A DNA stretch of 64,000 bases from a virus, in the IMG/VR virus record IMGVR_UViG_3300037245_000888, positions 47,833 to 111,832 of that record, one strand, 5' to 3'. The notes under the pieces are model-generated. The model did no database searches. It saw only the letters and a program-made list of their open reading frames with translations, and was not told the DNA's origin. Shown one piece after another: positions 10,086 through 19,850 of this stretch. A program made the translations under genes and the position numbers. Within the stretch, counting starts at the first letter, position 1. Each line of letters opens with the position of its first letter.

Positions 10086-10634
10086 ATGACAGGAAAGAAA
10101 ATTGATTTAGAAAATGTAGAAGCGGTTGATGTTGATTTTGAAGAGGTAGTTGAAACTGAAGGTGATACTCCGGTAGAAGTTAAGCCAGAAGAGAAACCAA
10201 AATTAACATTAGAGGAACAAGTTGTTAGTTTAGAAGGCAAAATTGAAGAAGTTAAAAGATATCAAAGTTTCTTGAGTTTAGTTAAGATGGCTGGAGTTGG
10301 TTTCAGATATGAACTTCCGAGTAAAGATGACAGATCAGTTATGACATTGAATGTTGTAGTTAAGAAAACTAAAACTGGTCATATGGATGTTGAGAAATAT
10401 GAGATTGATGGTAGAAATGAAGATGGTACTGGTATTCAAGGTAAGTGGTTAGGTAAAGAGAGATTGACTGGTACAGCTTTCGACATGGGTGAGCAGCAAG
10501 CTAAAATGTATTTACAAATGTTTGAGAGTCAACTTGAGTTAGTTAAGAGTGAGATCAGTGGTGAGACTGTTGATGGGGTTAAGGTTGAAAGAGGATTGAG
10601 AGCCAAGACAGGAGTATTAGATGAGAAAATTTAA
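10086..10634 (+). CDS. hypothetical acidic protein
   Basis: AAAGGAG RBS. Confidence 0.7.
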   Translation: MTGKKIDLENVEAVDVDFEEVVETEGDTPVEVKPEEKPKLTLEEQVVSLEGKIEEVKRYQSFLSLVKMAGVGFRYELPSKDDRSVMTLNVVVKKTKTGHMDVEKYEIDGRNEDGTGIQGKWLGKERLTGTAFDMGEQQAKMYLQMFESQLELVKSEISGETVDGVKVERGLRAKTGVLDEKI

Positions 10635-11223
10635 AGTTATTAAACAATTTGGAAGATGTGGCGTAGGAGATATTGTTAATGAAGATTATATTTATACTCA
10701 TTTTAATAACCACCGTGGTATATCTTGGACTGGAAACATAGAAGACTTCAATAGTATTCTTTTAGGTAAGATAGAAGAAGTTTTTGAATTTGTACCTGTT
10801 AAACCACAAACATTCACAACTTTAGAAATGATTGCTGACTGGAAAGATAGTGAATTTACTAAAGAGTATCAGATATTAGATAGTAAAGATCATGATAATT
10901 GGGTTGGAGCCAATGATACTTATGGATGGCTATGTTGGAAAAGAGACTTTGATGATAGATTTCCTATGTGCGAGTCAAATTTAAATGATATTTGGATTGA
11001 AAAAGTTGAACCAAAACCTGAATACATCAAATTTTCTGATTGGGAAGATGGTGTTTGGTATTTTACAGAAGGAGCGTCAAGCTGTCATATGACGAAGGAT
11101 AGTATTGTATATTATTCTGGTAAAGAATTAATTATAGAATATGGAGATGATGTTAAATTGGATAAAAGTCAAATTAGCTACAATCAATTAACTGGATTTA
11201 AATGGATTAAGTTTGAAATATAA
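10621..11223 (+). CDS. hypothetical protein
   Basis: AGGAG RBS; overlaps the upstream gene. Confidence 0.65.
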   Translation: MRKFKVIKQFGRCGVGDIVNEDYIYTHFNNHRGISWTGNIEDFNSILLGKIEEVFEFVPVKPQTFTTLEMIADWKDSEFTKEYQILDSKDHDNWVGANDTYGWLCWKRDFDDRFPMCESNLNDIWIEKVEPKPEYIKFSDWEDGVWYFTEGASSCHMTKDSIVYYSGKELIIEYGDDVKLDKSQISYNQLTGFKWIKFEI

Positions 11224-11235
11224 GGAGAATAAAAT

Positions 11236-11835
11236 ATGAGTGTAGTTGTAGCAATTAAAGATGATGATAAAGTATGGATGGCTTGTGATAGTCAAGTTTC
11301 TCAGGGTTACAGTAAAATGACACTGACTAACAGTAATAACTATAAAATAGTAAGACCTAAAAATGAAAAGAATACATTGGTTGGTATCGTTGGTAATTTA
11401 AAATTACAAAACGCTATGAAAATACAAGATTCATTTATAGATGAATTGATTGTGCTTAAAGGTGAATTTAATTTTAAAGAAATGTTTACTAAGGTCATGC
11501 CAAAGATATTTGAAATAGCTAAAAAGTATGGTGTGTCTGAAAAAGCAAAAGATCAAGACAGCGTTTATCTTAACGGAGTGATAATATTTGCCCATAAAGA
11601 TATGTTATTTAAATTGGACTCTGATGGGTGTGTAACAGAGGTTGACGACTATATTGCTACTGGTAGTGGTGGTAGATTATCTACTGGTTATTTAAATCAA
11701 TTAGATAATACTGAGAGCAAAAGAGATAGTATAATCAAAGCTGTTAAGGCTGCTTGTCAAACAGATTTATATGTAAATTATCCAATTATTGTTACAAATA
11801 CTATGGATGATGAGTTTATTGTTATTAATAAATAG
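11236..11835 (+). CDS. HslV/proteasome-beta-like Ntn hydrolase
   Basis: N-terminal (M)SVVVAI...ACDSQVS, K at the expected position, YIATGSGG and C-terminal AACQTDLY. Confidence 0.72.
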   Translation: MSVVVAIKDDDKVWMACDSQVSQGYSKMTLTNSNNYKIVRPKNEKNTLVGIVGNLKLQNAMKIQDSFIDELIVLKGEFNFKEMFTKVMPKIFEIAKKYGVSEKAKDQDSVYLNGVIIFAHKDMLFKLDSDGCVTEVDDYIATGSGGRLSTGYLNQLDNTESKRDSIIKAVKAACQTDLYVNYPIIVTNTMDDEFIVINK

Positions 11836-11877
11836 GACATAATTAGGACATAATAAGACACAATAGGAGGAACGTGA

Positions 11878-13989
11878 ATGGAAAAGGTAATTGAGAATGG
11901 AATTGTGGTTAAGAGAGATGGATCAGAAGTGCAATATGATGGAAGTAAGATTATAGATGCTATAGACAAGGCATTTTCAGCATGTAATAAAAAAGAGAGT
12001 GCTGTATCGAGAACAATAGAACAAGAAGTTAGATCTGAAGTTGGATTAAAATCAACCATTAACGAAATTCAAAATTTAGTAGAGTCTAAAATTATGCAGT
12101 ATGGTCAGCATAAAGATGTGTCTAAAGCATTTATTATTTACAGATACAAACACACACAAGATAGAATTATTGAAGACAAAAGATTATTCATCGAAGACTA
12201 CAAAGAAGCTAAGAATGCATCTAGTGGCAGTAAGTATGACTCAAATGCAAATGTTGAGAATAAAAATATCGCTACTCTAAGTGGTGAATTAAATAAGAAG
12301 GAAAACATTTTATTAAATAGAAAGCTTCTTACAAACAAAATTACTCAACTTTATGGAAAAGATTTAGCTGATGAATATATCAGACAATTAAATGATCATG
12401 AGATTTATAAACATGATGAAACATCTATTAAACCATATTGTGTAAGTATTAGTATGTATCCATTTTTAAGAAACGGTTTAAAGGATTTGGGTGGATTATC
12501 AGAAGCACCAACACATCTACAATCATTCAATGGATCATTTATCAATCTAGTGTTTGCTGTAGCCTCTCAATTTGCTGGAGCTGTAGCAACACCGGAATAC
12601 TTAATGTATATGGACTACTTTATCAGAAACGACTATGGAAATGAGTATTACTTAGATTCAAACAGAGTAGTTGATATGTCATCAAGACAAAGAACAATTG
12701 AAAAAGTAATAGAAGATTCATTCCAGCAAGTAGTATATAGTATGAATCAACCAGCAGCGGCTAGAGACTACCAATCTGTATTTTGGAACATAGGCTACTT
12801 TGATAGTCACTATTTTAAAAGCATGTTTGAGACATTTAGATTTCCTGATGGATCAGAACCACAGTGGGAATCATTAAACTGGCTACAAAAGAAATTTATG
12901 AAGTGGTTTAACAAGGAGAGAACTAAAACTCCATTGACATTCCCTGTGGAGACAATGGCATTACTGACTGAGGATAACGATGTTAGAGACAAAGAGTACG
13001 CAGAATTTACGTCTGAGATGTTCTCTGAAGGACATTCCTTCTTTGTATATATGTCAGATAGTGCAGATAGCTTGAGTTCTTGCTGTAGACTTAGAAATGA
13101 GATTGCATCAAATGATTTCTCATTCTCGTTGGGTGCCGGAGGAGTAGCAACTGGATCTAAATCTGTTATGACTATGAATGTAAATAGATTAGTTCAAAAT
13201 GCTGTGAATAAAGGTGTTGGTATATCAGATGCAATAAGAGAGCAAACATTAAAGATTCATAAGTATCAAACAGCCTATAATGAAATTATGAAAGAAAACT
13301 TTGAAGCAAAATTGTTACCTGTTTATAATGCAGGATATATATTCTTAGAAAAACAATACTTAACAATTGGTGTAAATGGAGTTGTTGAGAGTGCTGAGTT
13401 TATGGGTATTGACATTAGTGTTAATGATGAGTATCAGGAATATATTAATACTATTCTTAAGCCCATTTATGAAGAGAACTTAAATGCAAAGTTAAACAGT
13501 GATGAATTAATGTTTAATACAGAATTTGTTCCAGCTGAAAACTTAGGTGTAAAACATGCCAATTGGGATAGACAAGATGGATATTTTGTACCAAGAGATG
13601 TTTACAATTCATATTTCTATGTAGTTGAAGATGAAAAAATAAATCTAATCGATAAGATTAAATTACATGGTAAAGACTCTGTTCAATTTTTAGATGGAGG
13701 ATCAGCTTTACATGCAAACTTAGATGAACATTTAACGAAAGACCAATACAGAATATTATTGAAAGTTGCTGCTCAACAAGGTTGTAATTATTTTACTTTT
13801 AATATACCAAATACAATCTGTAATGAATGTAATCACATCAGTAAAAATAAACTTACAAAATGTGAAAAATGTGGTTCAGAAAATTTAGATTACTTAACTA
13901 GAGTTATTGGTTATTTAAAAAGAGTATCTAGTTTTAGTGTGCCAAGACAAAAAGAAGAAGGTGAAAGATATTATGGTAACTTACGATAA
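11878..13989 (+). CDS. nrdD: anaerobic (class III) ribonucleoside-triphosphate reductase
   Basis: ATP cone VVKRDG, HDE...PYC, SSCCRL, CNEC/CEKC Zn site and the glycyl-radical loop TRVIGYL. Confidence 0.95.
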   Translation: MEKVIENGIVVKRDGSEVQYDGSKIIDAIDKAFSACNKKESAVSRTIEQEVRSEVGLKSTINEIQNLVESKIMQYGQHKDVSKAFIIYRYKHTQDRIIEDKRLFIEDYKEAKNASSGSKYDSNANVENKNIATLSGELNKKENILLNRKLLTNKITQLYGKDLADEYIRQLNDHEIYKHDETSIKPYCVSISMYPFLRNGLKDLGGLSEAPTHLQSFNGSFINLVFAVASQFAGAVATPEYLMYMDYFIRNDYGNEYYLDSNRVVDMSSRQRTIEKVIEDSFQQVVYSMNQPAAARDYQSVFWNIGYFDSHYFKSMFETFRFPDGSEPQWESLNWLQKKFMKWFNKERTKTPLTFPVETMALLTEDNDVRDKEYAEFTSEMFSEGHSFFVYMSDSADSLSSCCRLRNEIASNDFSFSLGAGGVATGSKSVMTMNVNRLVQNAVNKGVGISDAIREQTLKIHKYQTAYNEIMKENFEAKLLPVYNAGYIFLEKQYLTIGVNGVVESAEFMGIDISVNDEYQEYINTILKPIYEENLNAKLNSDELMFNTEFVPAENLGVKHANWDRQDGYFVPRDVYNSYFYVVEDEKINLIDKIKLHGKDSVQFLDGGSALHANLDEHLTKDQYRILLKVAAQQGCNYFTFNIPNTICNECNHISKNKLTKCEKCGSENLDYLTRVIGYLKRVSSFSVPRQKEEGERYYGNLR

Positions 13990-14425
13990 GTATGATATAG
14001 TATTTCAAGAGATTCCTAATGAGGTTTCTCTTGCCTTTACTTTAAAAGGATGTCCGAATAAGTGTGCTGGTTGTCATAGCACTCATCTCAGAGATAATAA
14101 TGGACATAAATTGACAATTGATTCTCTTAGAATAATATTAGAGAAATATAAAGATTCGATAACTACTGTCTTGTTTCTTGGAGGAGACGCTAATCACAAT
14201 GAGTTAATACCATTATTCAAGGAGATCAGAAAACATGGCTTAAAGTCTGCATTCTATAGTGGGTTTGATTATTTTAATATCAGTCTACTTAATTATTTAG
14301 ACTATTATAAGGCAGGAAGATATATTAGGGATCTTGGAGGACTAAATAGTAAGACAACAAATCAAAGGATATCAGAAATTCGTGATGGTAAAATTATAGA
14401 TATAACTAGAAAGTTTTGGAAATAA
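13973..14425 (+). CDS. nrdG: anaerobic RNR activating radical-SAM protein
   Basis: Motifs CPNKCAGCHS, FLGGD and TTNQR; overlaps the nrdD end. Confidence 0.93.
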   Translation: MVTYDKYDIVFQEIPNEVSLAFTLKGCPNKCAGCHSTHLRDNNGHKLTIDSLRIILEKYKDSITTVLFLGGDANHNELIPLFKEIRKHGLKSAFYSGFDYFNISLLNYLDYYKAGRYIRDLGGLNSKTTNQRISEIRDGKIIDITRKFWK

Positions 14426-14455
14426 ATTAGAAAACTAAAAGGAGAGTAAAACGAT

Positions 14456-15232
14456 ATGAGTAATAAAAATAAAATAACATCAATCACAGATTTAAAGGTG
14501 GGAGATACTGTTAGACTTAGGGATGATTTAGAAATTGATGGAGATTATGAAGCTGGCATGATTCAAGAAATATTCACAAGAAAAGGAAAAGATGTGAAAA
14601 TATGGGGATTCAGCTGTACTAATTTACCTTATTTTATATGTAATAGTGAATATCCCTCTGAAGGTAGTTATATATTCTTATCAGATGACATTATTGATTG
14701 GGATAAAACCAATGGTGTCGAAGAAGAACCAATCACAACAAGAGGATTTGAGTTTATATCACAGCAGCAATGGAATAAATCGCTCCCACAAGACGTTGAC
14801 TTAGAACAATGGGCTTTACTATACATTGACCTAAAACTACCGAAGAGAGGCACTAAACGGTCAGCAGGATATGATGTATTTTCACCATTTACTTTTACAT
14901 TGGAACCAAATGAAGATATTAAAATTCCAACAGGCACAAAAGCATATATGTTAGAAGATGAGCAACTTGTAGGTCATATTAGATCAAGTCTAGGATTTAA
15001 GAAATATATTAGATTGGCAAATCAAACATTCATTGGTGACGCAGATTATTATAATAATCCAGACAATGAAGGTCATTGGTTTATCAAGATTAGAAATGAA
15101 GGTGATAAGCCTATTACAATTGAAAAAGGAATGGCTTTTGCCCAATTAATATTCCAAAAGTTTTTATTAGTTGACGGTGATAATTTTACCGAAGGTGAAG
15201 ATAGAGTTGGTGGAATTGGAAGTACTGATTAA
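14456..15232 (+). CDS. dut: trimeric dUTPase with ~90-aa N-terminal extension
   Basis: Motifs SAGYD, IRSSLG, IGDADY, AQLIF and RVGGIGSTD. Confidence 0.9.
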   Translation: MSNKNKITSITDLKVGDTVRLRDDLEIDGDYEAGMIQEIFTRKGKDVKIWGFSCTNLPYFICNSEYPSEGSYIFLSDDIIDWDKTNGVEEEPITTRGFEFISQQQWNKSLPQDVDLEQWALLYIDLKLPKRGTKRSAGYDVFSPFTFTLEPNEDIKIPTGTKAYMLEDEQLVGHIRSSLGFKKYIRLANQTFIGDADYYNNPDNEGHWFIKIRNEGDKPITIEKGMAFAQLIFQKFLLVDGDNFTEGEDRVGGIGSTD

Positions 15233-15249
15233 AAGGAGAGTGATCACAA

Positions 15250-15399
15250 ATGGATAATAACAACATTACTCAAGGCCAATCCAATGTAACATATCTTCAA
15301 TCTCTCCGTCCTAAATGTACATCATGTAATCAACCAATGGTATTCGAGGTAGAATCAGGAATCTTCGTATGTTTGGAACCGGATTGTGAAGATGATTAA
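15250..15399 (+). CDS. small zinc-ribbon protein, 49 aa (not in ORF track)
   Basis: AAGGAG RBS; CTSC...CLEPDC. Confidence 0.55.
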   Translation: MDNNNITQGQSNVTYLQSLRPKCTSCNQPMVFEVESGIFVCLEPDCEDD

Positions 15400-15440
15400 A
15401 TGGTAAACTAGATAAATATTAATTAAATTGAATAAAGTGC

Positions 15441-15492
15441 TTGACATAAATTGCCTTCCGTGATATTATTATGATATTGGAAGGCAATTTAT
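15441..15492 (+). promoter_or_regulatory. sigma-A promoter TTGACA-17-TGnTATTAT with the -10 enclosed by a perfect 14-bp inverted repeat
   Basis: Arms ATAAATTGCCTTCC (15446-59) and GGAAGGCAATTTAT (15479-92). Confidence 0.75.
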
Positions 15493-15524
15493 ATTTAAAC
15501 TAAACGATTAAAAGGAGAAAACAA

Positions 15525-16577
15525 ATGAAAGAAATTAGAATTATGGATTGGACAGACTTCAGTGGATCAACACAGGATTATATTACCCACTGTATGCCAA
15601 TTATTAAAGAAGGTAGACACCCTATGGTGATTGTTATTGAGGATAAGATAACTAGAATATCTCATGCAGACGAAGCAATGGGAGCAGTAATATTAGACGT
15701 TCAAGTTGTCTCAATTAAGACAGGAGAATTATATCTTACCTGTAGTAGATTCCTAAAACCATATAAGTTTAATGTAGAAAAAGACTTGTTAGATGTGATG
15801 TGTAATTTACACCATAGTGTTAATTTTATATTGAAAGCATTACAATTGAAAGTTGTTAGTGGTATAGAAGAACCTAAACATGATGATAGATTTGCTTCTT
15901 TAGCTTATTATATGAATGTTGGATTCTCAGACAAAGAATCTCAGATTTTAGCTGATAGAGTGGATAAATTAATGGCGCAACATATACATGAACAATTCAT
16001 TAAAAATTTACTTAATCCGGTTTATGTTATTAATACTAATCCAATATTTCAATTTGAAAGTGATTATGTATTACCGAAAATGAGAATGCCTCATATGTAT
16101 ATAGGCTGTATTTTACCACAACTATCAAGAAAATCAATCAATGGTGTTAAATTAGGATATAGATGGATGACTAATTTTGAAGAATCAGAGAGACATATTT
16201 ACGAAGATACTATTAAAGCTACAGGATATAAAGACTCAATGTATATTTCTGCAAAGTGTCTTAAATTATGTGATCCAAATTATGGAGGCTCATTAGTAGT
16301 TAAATCTGATATTGGTGATTTATCATCATTCTGGAAGACGTTTAATATTTTATCAAGTGGATATAATTGGATTATTGATTCTGCATCAGAGGAAGAAATT
16401 AAAGTAATAAACGTATTAATCACTAAAGACAATACAAACTTTATAGTAGATGACTTCGGTAATATATTCTCTAAAGTTAAAATGAGAGATGAAGTTACAA
16501 ATTTACTAAGTGAAGCGATTGATGAGATTGCTAGATATAATAAAATTGCTGTGGATATTATTGGAGGAGATAAATAA
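15525..16577 (+). CDS. hypothetical protein
   Basis: AAAGGAG RBS; 350-aa ORF. Confidence 0.7.
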   Translation: MKEIRIMDWTDFSGSTQDYITHCMPIIKEGRHPMVIVIEDKITRISHADEAMGAVILDVQVVSIKTGELYLTCSRFLKPYKFNVEKDLLDVMCNLHHSVNFILKALQLKVVSGIEEPKHDDRFASLAYYMNVGFSDKESQILADRVDKLMAQHIHEQFIKNLLNPVYVINTNPIFQFESDYVLPKMRMPHMYIGCILPQLSRKSINGVKLGYRWMTNFEESERHIYEDTIKATGYKDSMYISAKCLKLCDPNYGGSLVVKSDIGDLSSFWKTFNILSSGYNWIIDSASEEEIKVINVLITKDNTNFIVDDFGNIFSKVKMRDEVTNLLSEAIDEIARYNKIAVDIIGGDK

Positions 16578-16578
16578 A

Positions 16579-17343
16579 ATGAAAATTAAATTATTAGCAT
16601 GTACACCAGACGCAGAAAGAATTGTAGCATCGGCAGCAAAGGTATGTTATGCAAATGGAACCGTAGATGACGTTATGAATACAACAGATATTCAAGTTGA
16701 AAAATTCCTAGAAAAGTTAATATCTATCGGACATGAATCACCAATTGAACATGTATCATTTACATTTGCAGTAGAAGGTATTTCAAGAGTATTATCACAT
16801 CAACTGGTAAGACATCGTATTGCAAGTTATTCACAACAATCTCAAAGATATGTTAAATTAGATCAATTTAAATATGTTATTCCACCGAGTTTTCATAAAC
16901 AGACATCCTCTTTCCACATATTTGAAAAACACATGAAAGACTCTCAGATTGCATATGATAGAATTGTTGATGACATGGTACATAGACAAATAGAAGATTT
17001 CTTAGGATGTGCTGTATCTTCTGTAGAGGACTCTAAACATTTAATACCCACCAAGGTATTTAGTGGGTTCGAAAAGAGAGCAATTGAAGATGCAAGATTT
17101 GTCTTCCCTAATGCATGTGCTACAACTATGATATTCACTATGAATGCCAGAACACTAATGAATTTCTTCCATCATAGATGCTGTGATCGTGCTCAGTGGG
17201 AGATAAGAGGTATGGCTAATGAAATGCTAAGGTTAGTACAGAAAGCTTGTCCTACACTGTTTAAATGGGCTGGAGCATCATGTGTGAAAGGTGTTTGTCC
17301 AGAAGGAAAGATGAGTTGTGGAAATTTAAAGACTATTGAATAA
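16579..17343 (+). CDS. thyX: FAD-dependent thymidylate synthase
   Basis: Motifs [30 protein letters not shown] and AQWEIR. Confidence 0.95.
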   Translation: MKIKLLACTPDAERIVASAAKVCYANGTVDDVMNTTDIQVEKFLEKLISIGHESPIEHVSFTFAVEGISRVLSHQLVRHRIASYSQQSQRYVKLDQFKYVIPPSFHKQTSSFHIFEKHMKDSQIAYDRIVDDMVHRQIEDFLGCAVSSVEDSKHLIPTKVFSGFEKRAIEDARFVFPNACATTMIFTMNARTLMNFFHHRCCDRAQWEIRGMANEMLRLVQKACPTLFKWAGASCVKGVCPEGKMSCGNLKTIE

Positions 17344-17361
17344 AGGAGGCTGAATAACCCA

Positions 17362-17592
17362 ATGAATATATTAGAAACAATGAGTAGACTAATGGATGAC
17401 TCTAAAATACTTGGACTTTATCCTAGTAAATCAAATAAACAGGAATCAATCGACAATGCTAGAACTACTTTAAAAAGTGAATTAACCAAAGACAACAAAC
17501 GTAGAAATAAACAAGGTAGAAATGAAAAGTGTAGTTGTGGTAGTGGGTTGAAATACAAGAAATGTTGTGGGAGAATAATTAATGACAATTAA
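17362..17592 (+). CDS. SEC-C motif protein
   Basis: GRNEKCSCGSGLKYKKCCG. Confidence 0.85.
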   Translation: MNILETMSRLMDDSKILGLYPSKSNKQESIDNARTTLKSELTKDNKRRNKQGRNEKCSCGSGLKYKKCCGRIINDN

Positions 17593-17623
17593 ATAATATA
17601 AAACTATATAAAGGAGAAATAAT

Positions 17624-17812
17624 ATGCCAGAAGAAGTTTTACTAGATGAGCAATTATTATCAGCAATAGAAATATTAGAAGAAAAGGTAAGAGTTAAAGA
17701 AAATGAAATTAAGGAATTAAATGTTAGGATTGATAGGTTGTATGATGGTAATACTGATGAATTAGTCGATTGTAATGTAGAAAACTTTAATTGTAAGTAT
17801 TTGGAAGAGTAG
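17624..17812 (+). CDS. small coiled-coil protein
   Basis: AAGGAG RBS; last + strand gene. Confidence 0.6.
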   Translation: MPEEVLLDEQLLSAIEILEEKVRVKENEIKELNVRIDRLYDGNTDELVDCNVENFNCKYLEE

Positions 17813-17855
<43 letters not shown>

Positions 17856-17872
17856 ATAAGATAATTAAATAC

Positions 17873-17932
17873 AAAAAGAAAAAATAGGCATGAGATTATA
17901 AACCACCATTTACGGTGATATCTCATGCCTAT
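17873..17932. terminator. terminator hairpin at the convergence of the two gene arms
   Basis: 13-bp inverted repeat ATAGGCATGAGAT/ATCTCATGCCTAT with an A-tract on the left, which is a U-tract on the - strand. Confidence 0.8.
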
Positions 17933-17967
17933 GTCTATGTTCGGTTATACTAAAATGTTATTTTAAA

Positions 17968-19839
17968 TTACACCAAAGAAATCTCGTGCTCAATACCATC
18001 ACCACTTTGAAAATATAACTTATTATCCGCTTTAGTGTAAACTCTACCAAAGTTAGGAATTGCTGTAGGTGTTGTAGTCTCCTCTAAAATTATATTATTA
18101 ACAGTAGGTTCATCAGTAAATTCCAAAGCTGTTTCACCAGTATTAACTTGAGCTATTTTAAAAGCTTCACCTACATAATCAGCAGGAGTATCACTTAACC
18201 CTAAAAATGTTGTAATCCCACTTCCACCAACTCCTGAGCCAGCAGTATTATTAGGGACAAAACCTCTGAGATCTTTATAACCCACAACTGTTCCGTTGTA
18301 TTCAAATTGACCACCGTTCAATTTGAATACAAATAATCCTATTAAGAATCCAACACCCTGAAAATCACTAGGTATTGTATATACATTTTTACTATCTTTA
18401 TCATTTAATGCATCTTTCTCTTTACCATAATTACCTCTAGGTAGGTTACACATAATATGAGACATTTCACCTGACTTATTCGCTATTCCCCATACTACTA
18501 ATCCAAACCACTTTCCGTTTAAGGAATCACCTAATGCATCAACTGTTATATCATTTAAATTAGTTGTTGATCTAAAAGGTGTGACAGGATCATTTACAAC
18601 ATGTATATCAGCACCTGTACTCATACTAAGTGCTGGGAAAGTTTGTTTATGCATTTGATATACTTGACCTGATGTTACATCTACATATACATTATTTGGA
18701 GTGCCAAGTATAGTTCCTTCGGTTCCATTAGCCCAACTTGAATCCATCTGTCTTATTCTATCAGTGATATGAGATAAATGTCCTTGGAATGTAGTTGTAT
18801 TCTCTATCGCATCATTCCAATTCTGGTTTCTTAGTGCATCATCTGTTTGAGTGGTAGATGCACTTTGTAAGACTATAGTTGCAACTTTAGCATGTTCGTC
18901 TGTAGGGAACGATGCTGTGCTAACCGTTAATACTTTTGTATCTTTTGGTATATACACATAATTAGTTTGTGGTATAGCGTCAGTACCAGCAGTTAACGTG
19001 ATAGTTACATCTGGAGTTGCTGTAAATATGGTCAATCCATCACTAAACATTAATGTTAAGTCAGGATGTCCATTTGAAGGTGATAATGCTCCTGTAATAA
19101 TAGTTCCATTACTTGTAATTCTAAAGTCAAAAGTTTCTCTAATTGTTCCATTCCAAAAGTTTATTGTAGTATCTTCTGGTATACCATGTCGATCAACAAT
19201 TATTTCGCCTTCTAATGCATCTACTTTTGTAACCAATCCTATTAATATTTCATAGTTTGGAAACTCTGGTCTAGTATTTGTTAATCCACCTAATACATCT
19301 GCTGATAAATATACTGGCCCTTCAGATAATAATGAAGTATCAAAATCTCTTACCTTTCCAAATACATTTACAAATCCTTCTGCACCATTTAAAATTTCTG
19401 ATGTTGCTACGCCATAAGCGGTACTTATTGTTTCATGACTATCTGCCTTAGCTTTTGCTACATTCGGGAATCCAGTTGTGCTTGTTCCTATTGGATATAC
19501 TACCTCTCCAGAGCTTATTCCTATTCCTGAATTATTATGAACTTTGATCAAGTCTTCCTGTCCTATTTGTATGGCAGTAGTTCCTATTCCTGTTCCAATT
19601 TCAGCTGTTGAATCCTCTTCGTTCCAATGAAATCTACCTTTCTGATGTGGTACAGAGGTTCCTAGAGTTGTATCTAAATCTATGAAGTCTGTTTCTATTT
19701 CTTTATTTACGAATGTTTGAATTACATCTAATGTTATATTTTTACTTAAATTACCATTCTCAGTGTCAGTCATAACTACTTTATCCGTGCCTGTAGTTGA
19801 TGTTTTGGTTGGCAAATTATTAATTTTTATATCTGACAT
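17968..19839 (-). CDS. putative tail fibre / virion appendage protein
   Basis: N-terminal MSDIKINNLP type seen in fibre proteins; T/G-rich beta composition; late strand. Confidence 0.55.
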   Translation of the reverse strand: MSDIKINNLPTKTSTTGTDKVVMTDTENGNLSKNITLDVIQTFVNKEIETDFIDLDTTLGTSVPHQKGRFHWNEEDSTAEIGTGIGTTAIQIGQEDLIKVHNNSGIGISSGEVVYPIGTSTTGFPNVAKAKADSHETISTAYGVATSEILNGAEGFVNVFGKVRDFDTSLLSEGPVYLSADVLGGLTNTRPEFPNYEILIGLVTKVDALEGEIIVDRHGIPEDTTINFWNGTIRETFDFRITSNGTIITGALSPSNGHPDLTLMFSDGLTIFTATPDVTITLTAGTDAIPQTNYVYIPKDTKVLTVSTASFPTDEHAKVATIVLQSASTTQTDDALRNQNWNDAIENTTTFQGHLSHITDRIRQMDSSWANGTEGTILGTPNNVYVDVTSGQVYQMHKQTFPALSMSTGADIHVVNDPVTPFRSTTNLNDITVDALGDSLNGKWFGLVVWGIANKSGEMSHIMCNLPRGNYGKEKDALNDKDSKNVYTIPSDFQGVGFLIGLFVFKLNGGQFEYNGTVVGYKDLRGFVPNNTAGSGVGGSGITTFLGLSDTPADYVGEAFKIAQVNTGETALEFTDEPTVNNIILEETTTPTAIPNFGRVYTKADNKLYFQSGDGIEHEISLV

Positions 19840-19850
19840 TGCTTCACCTC

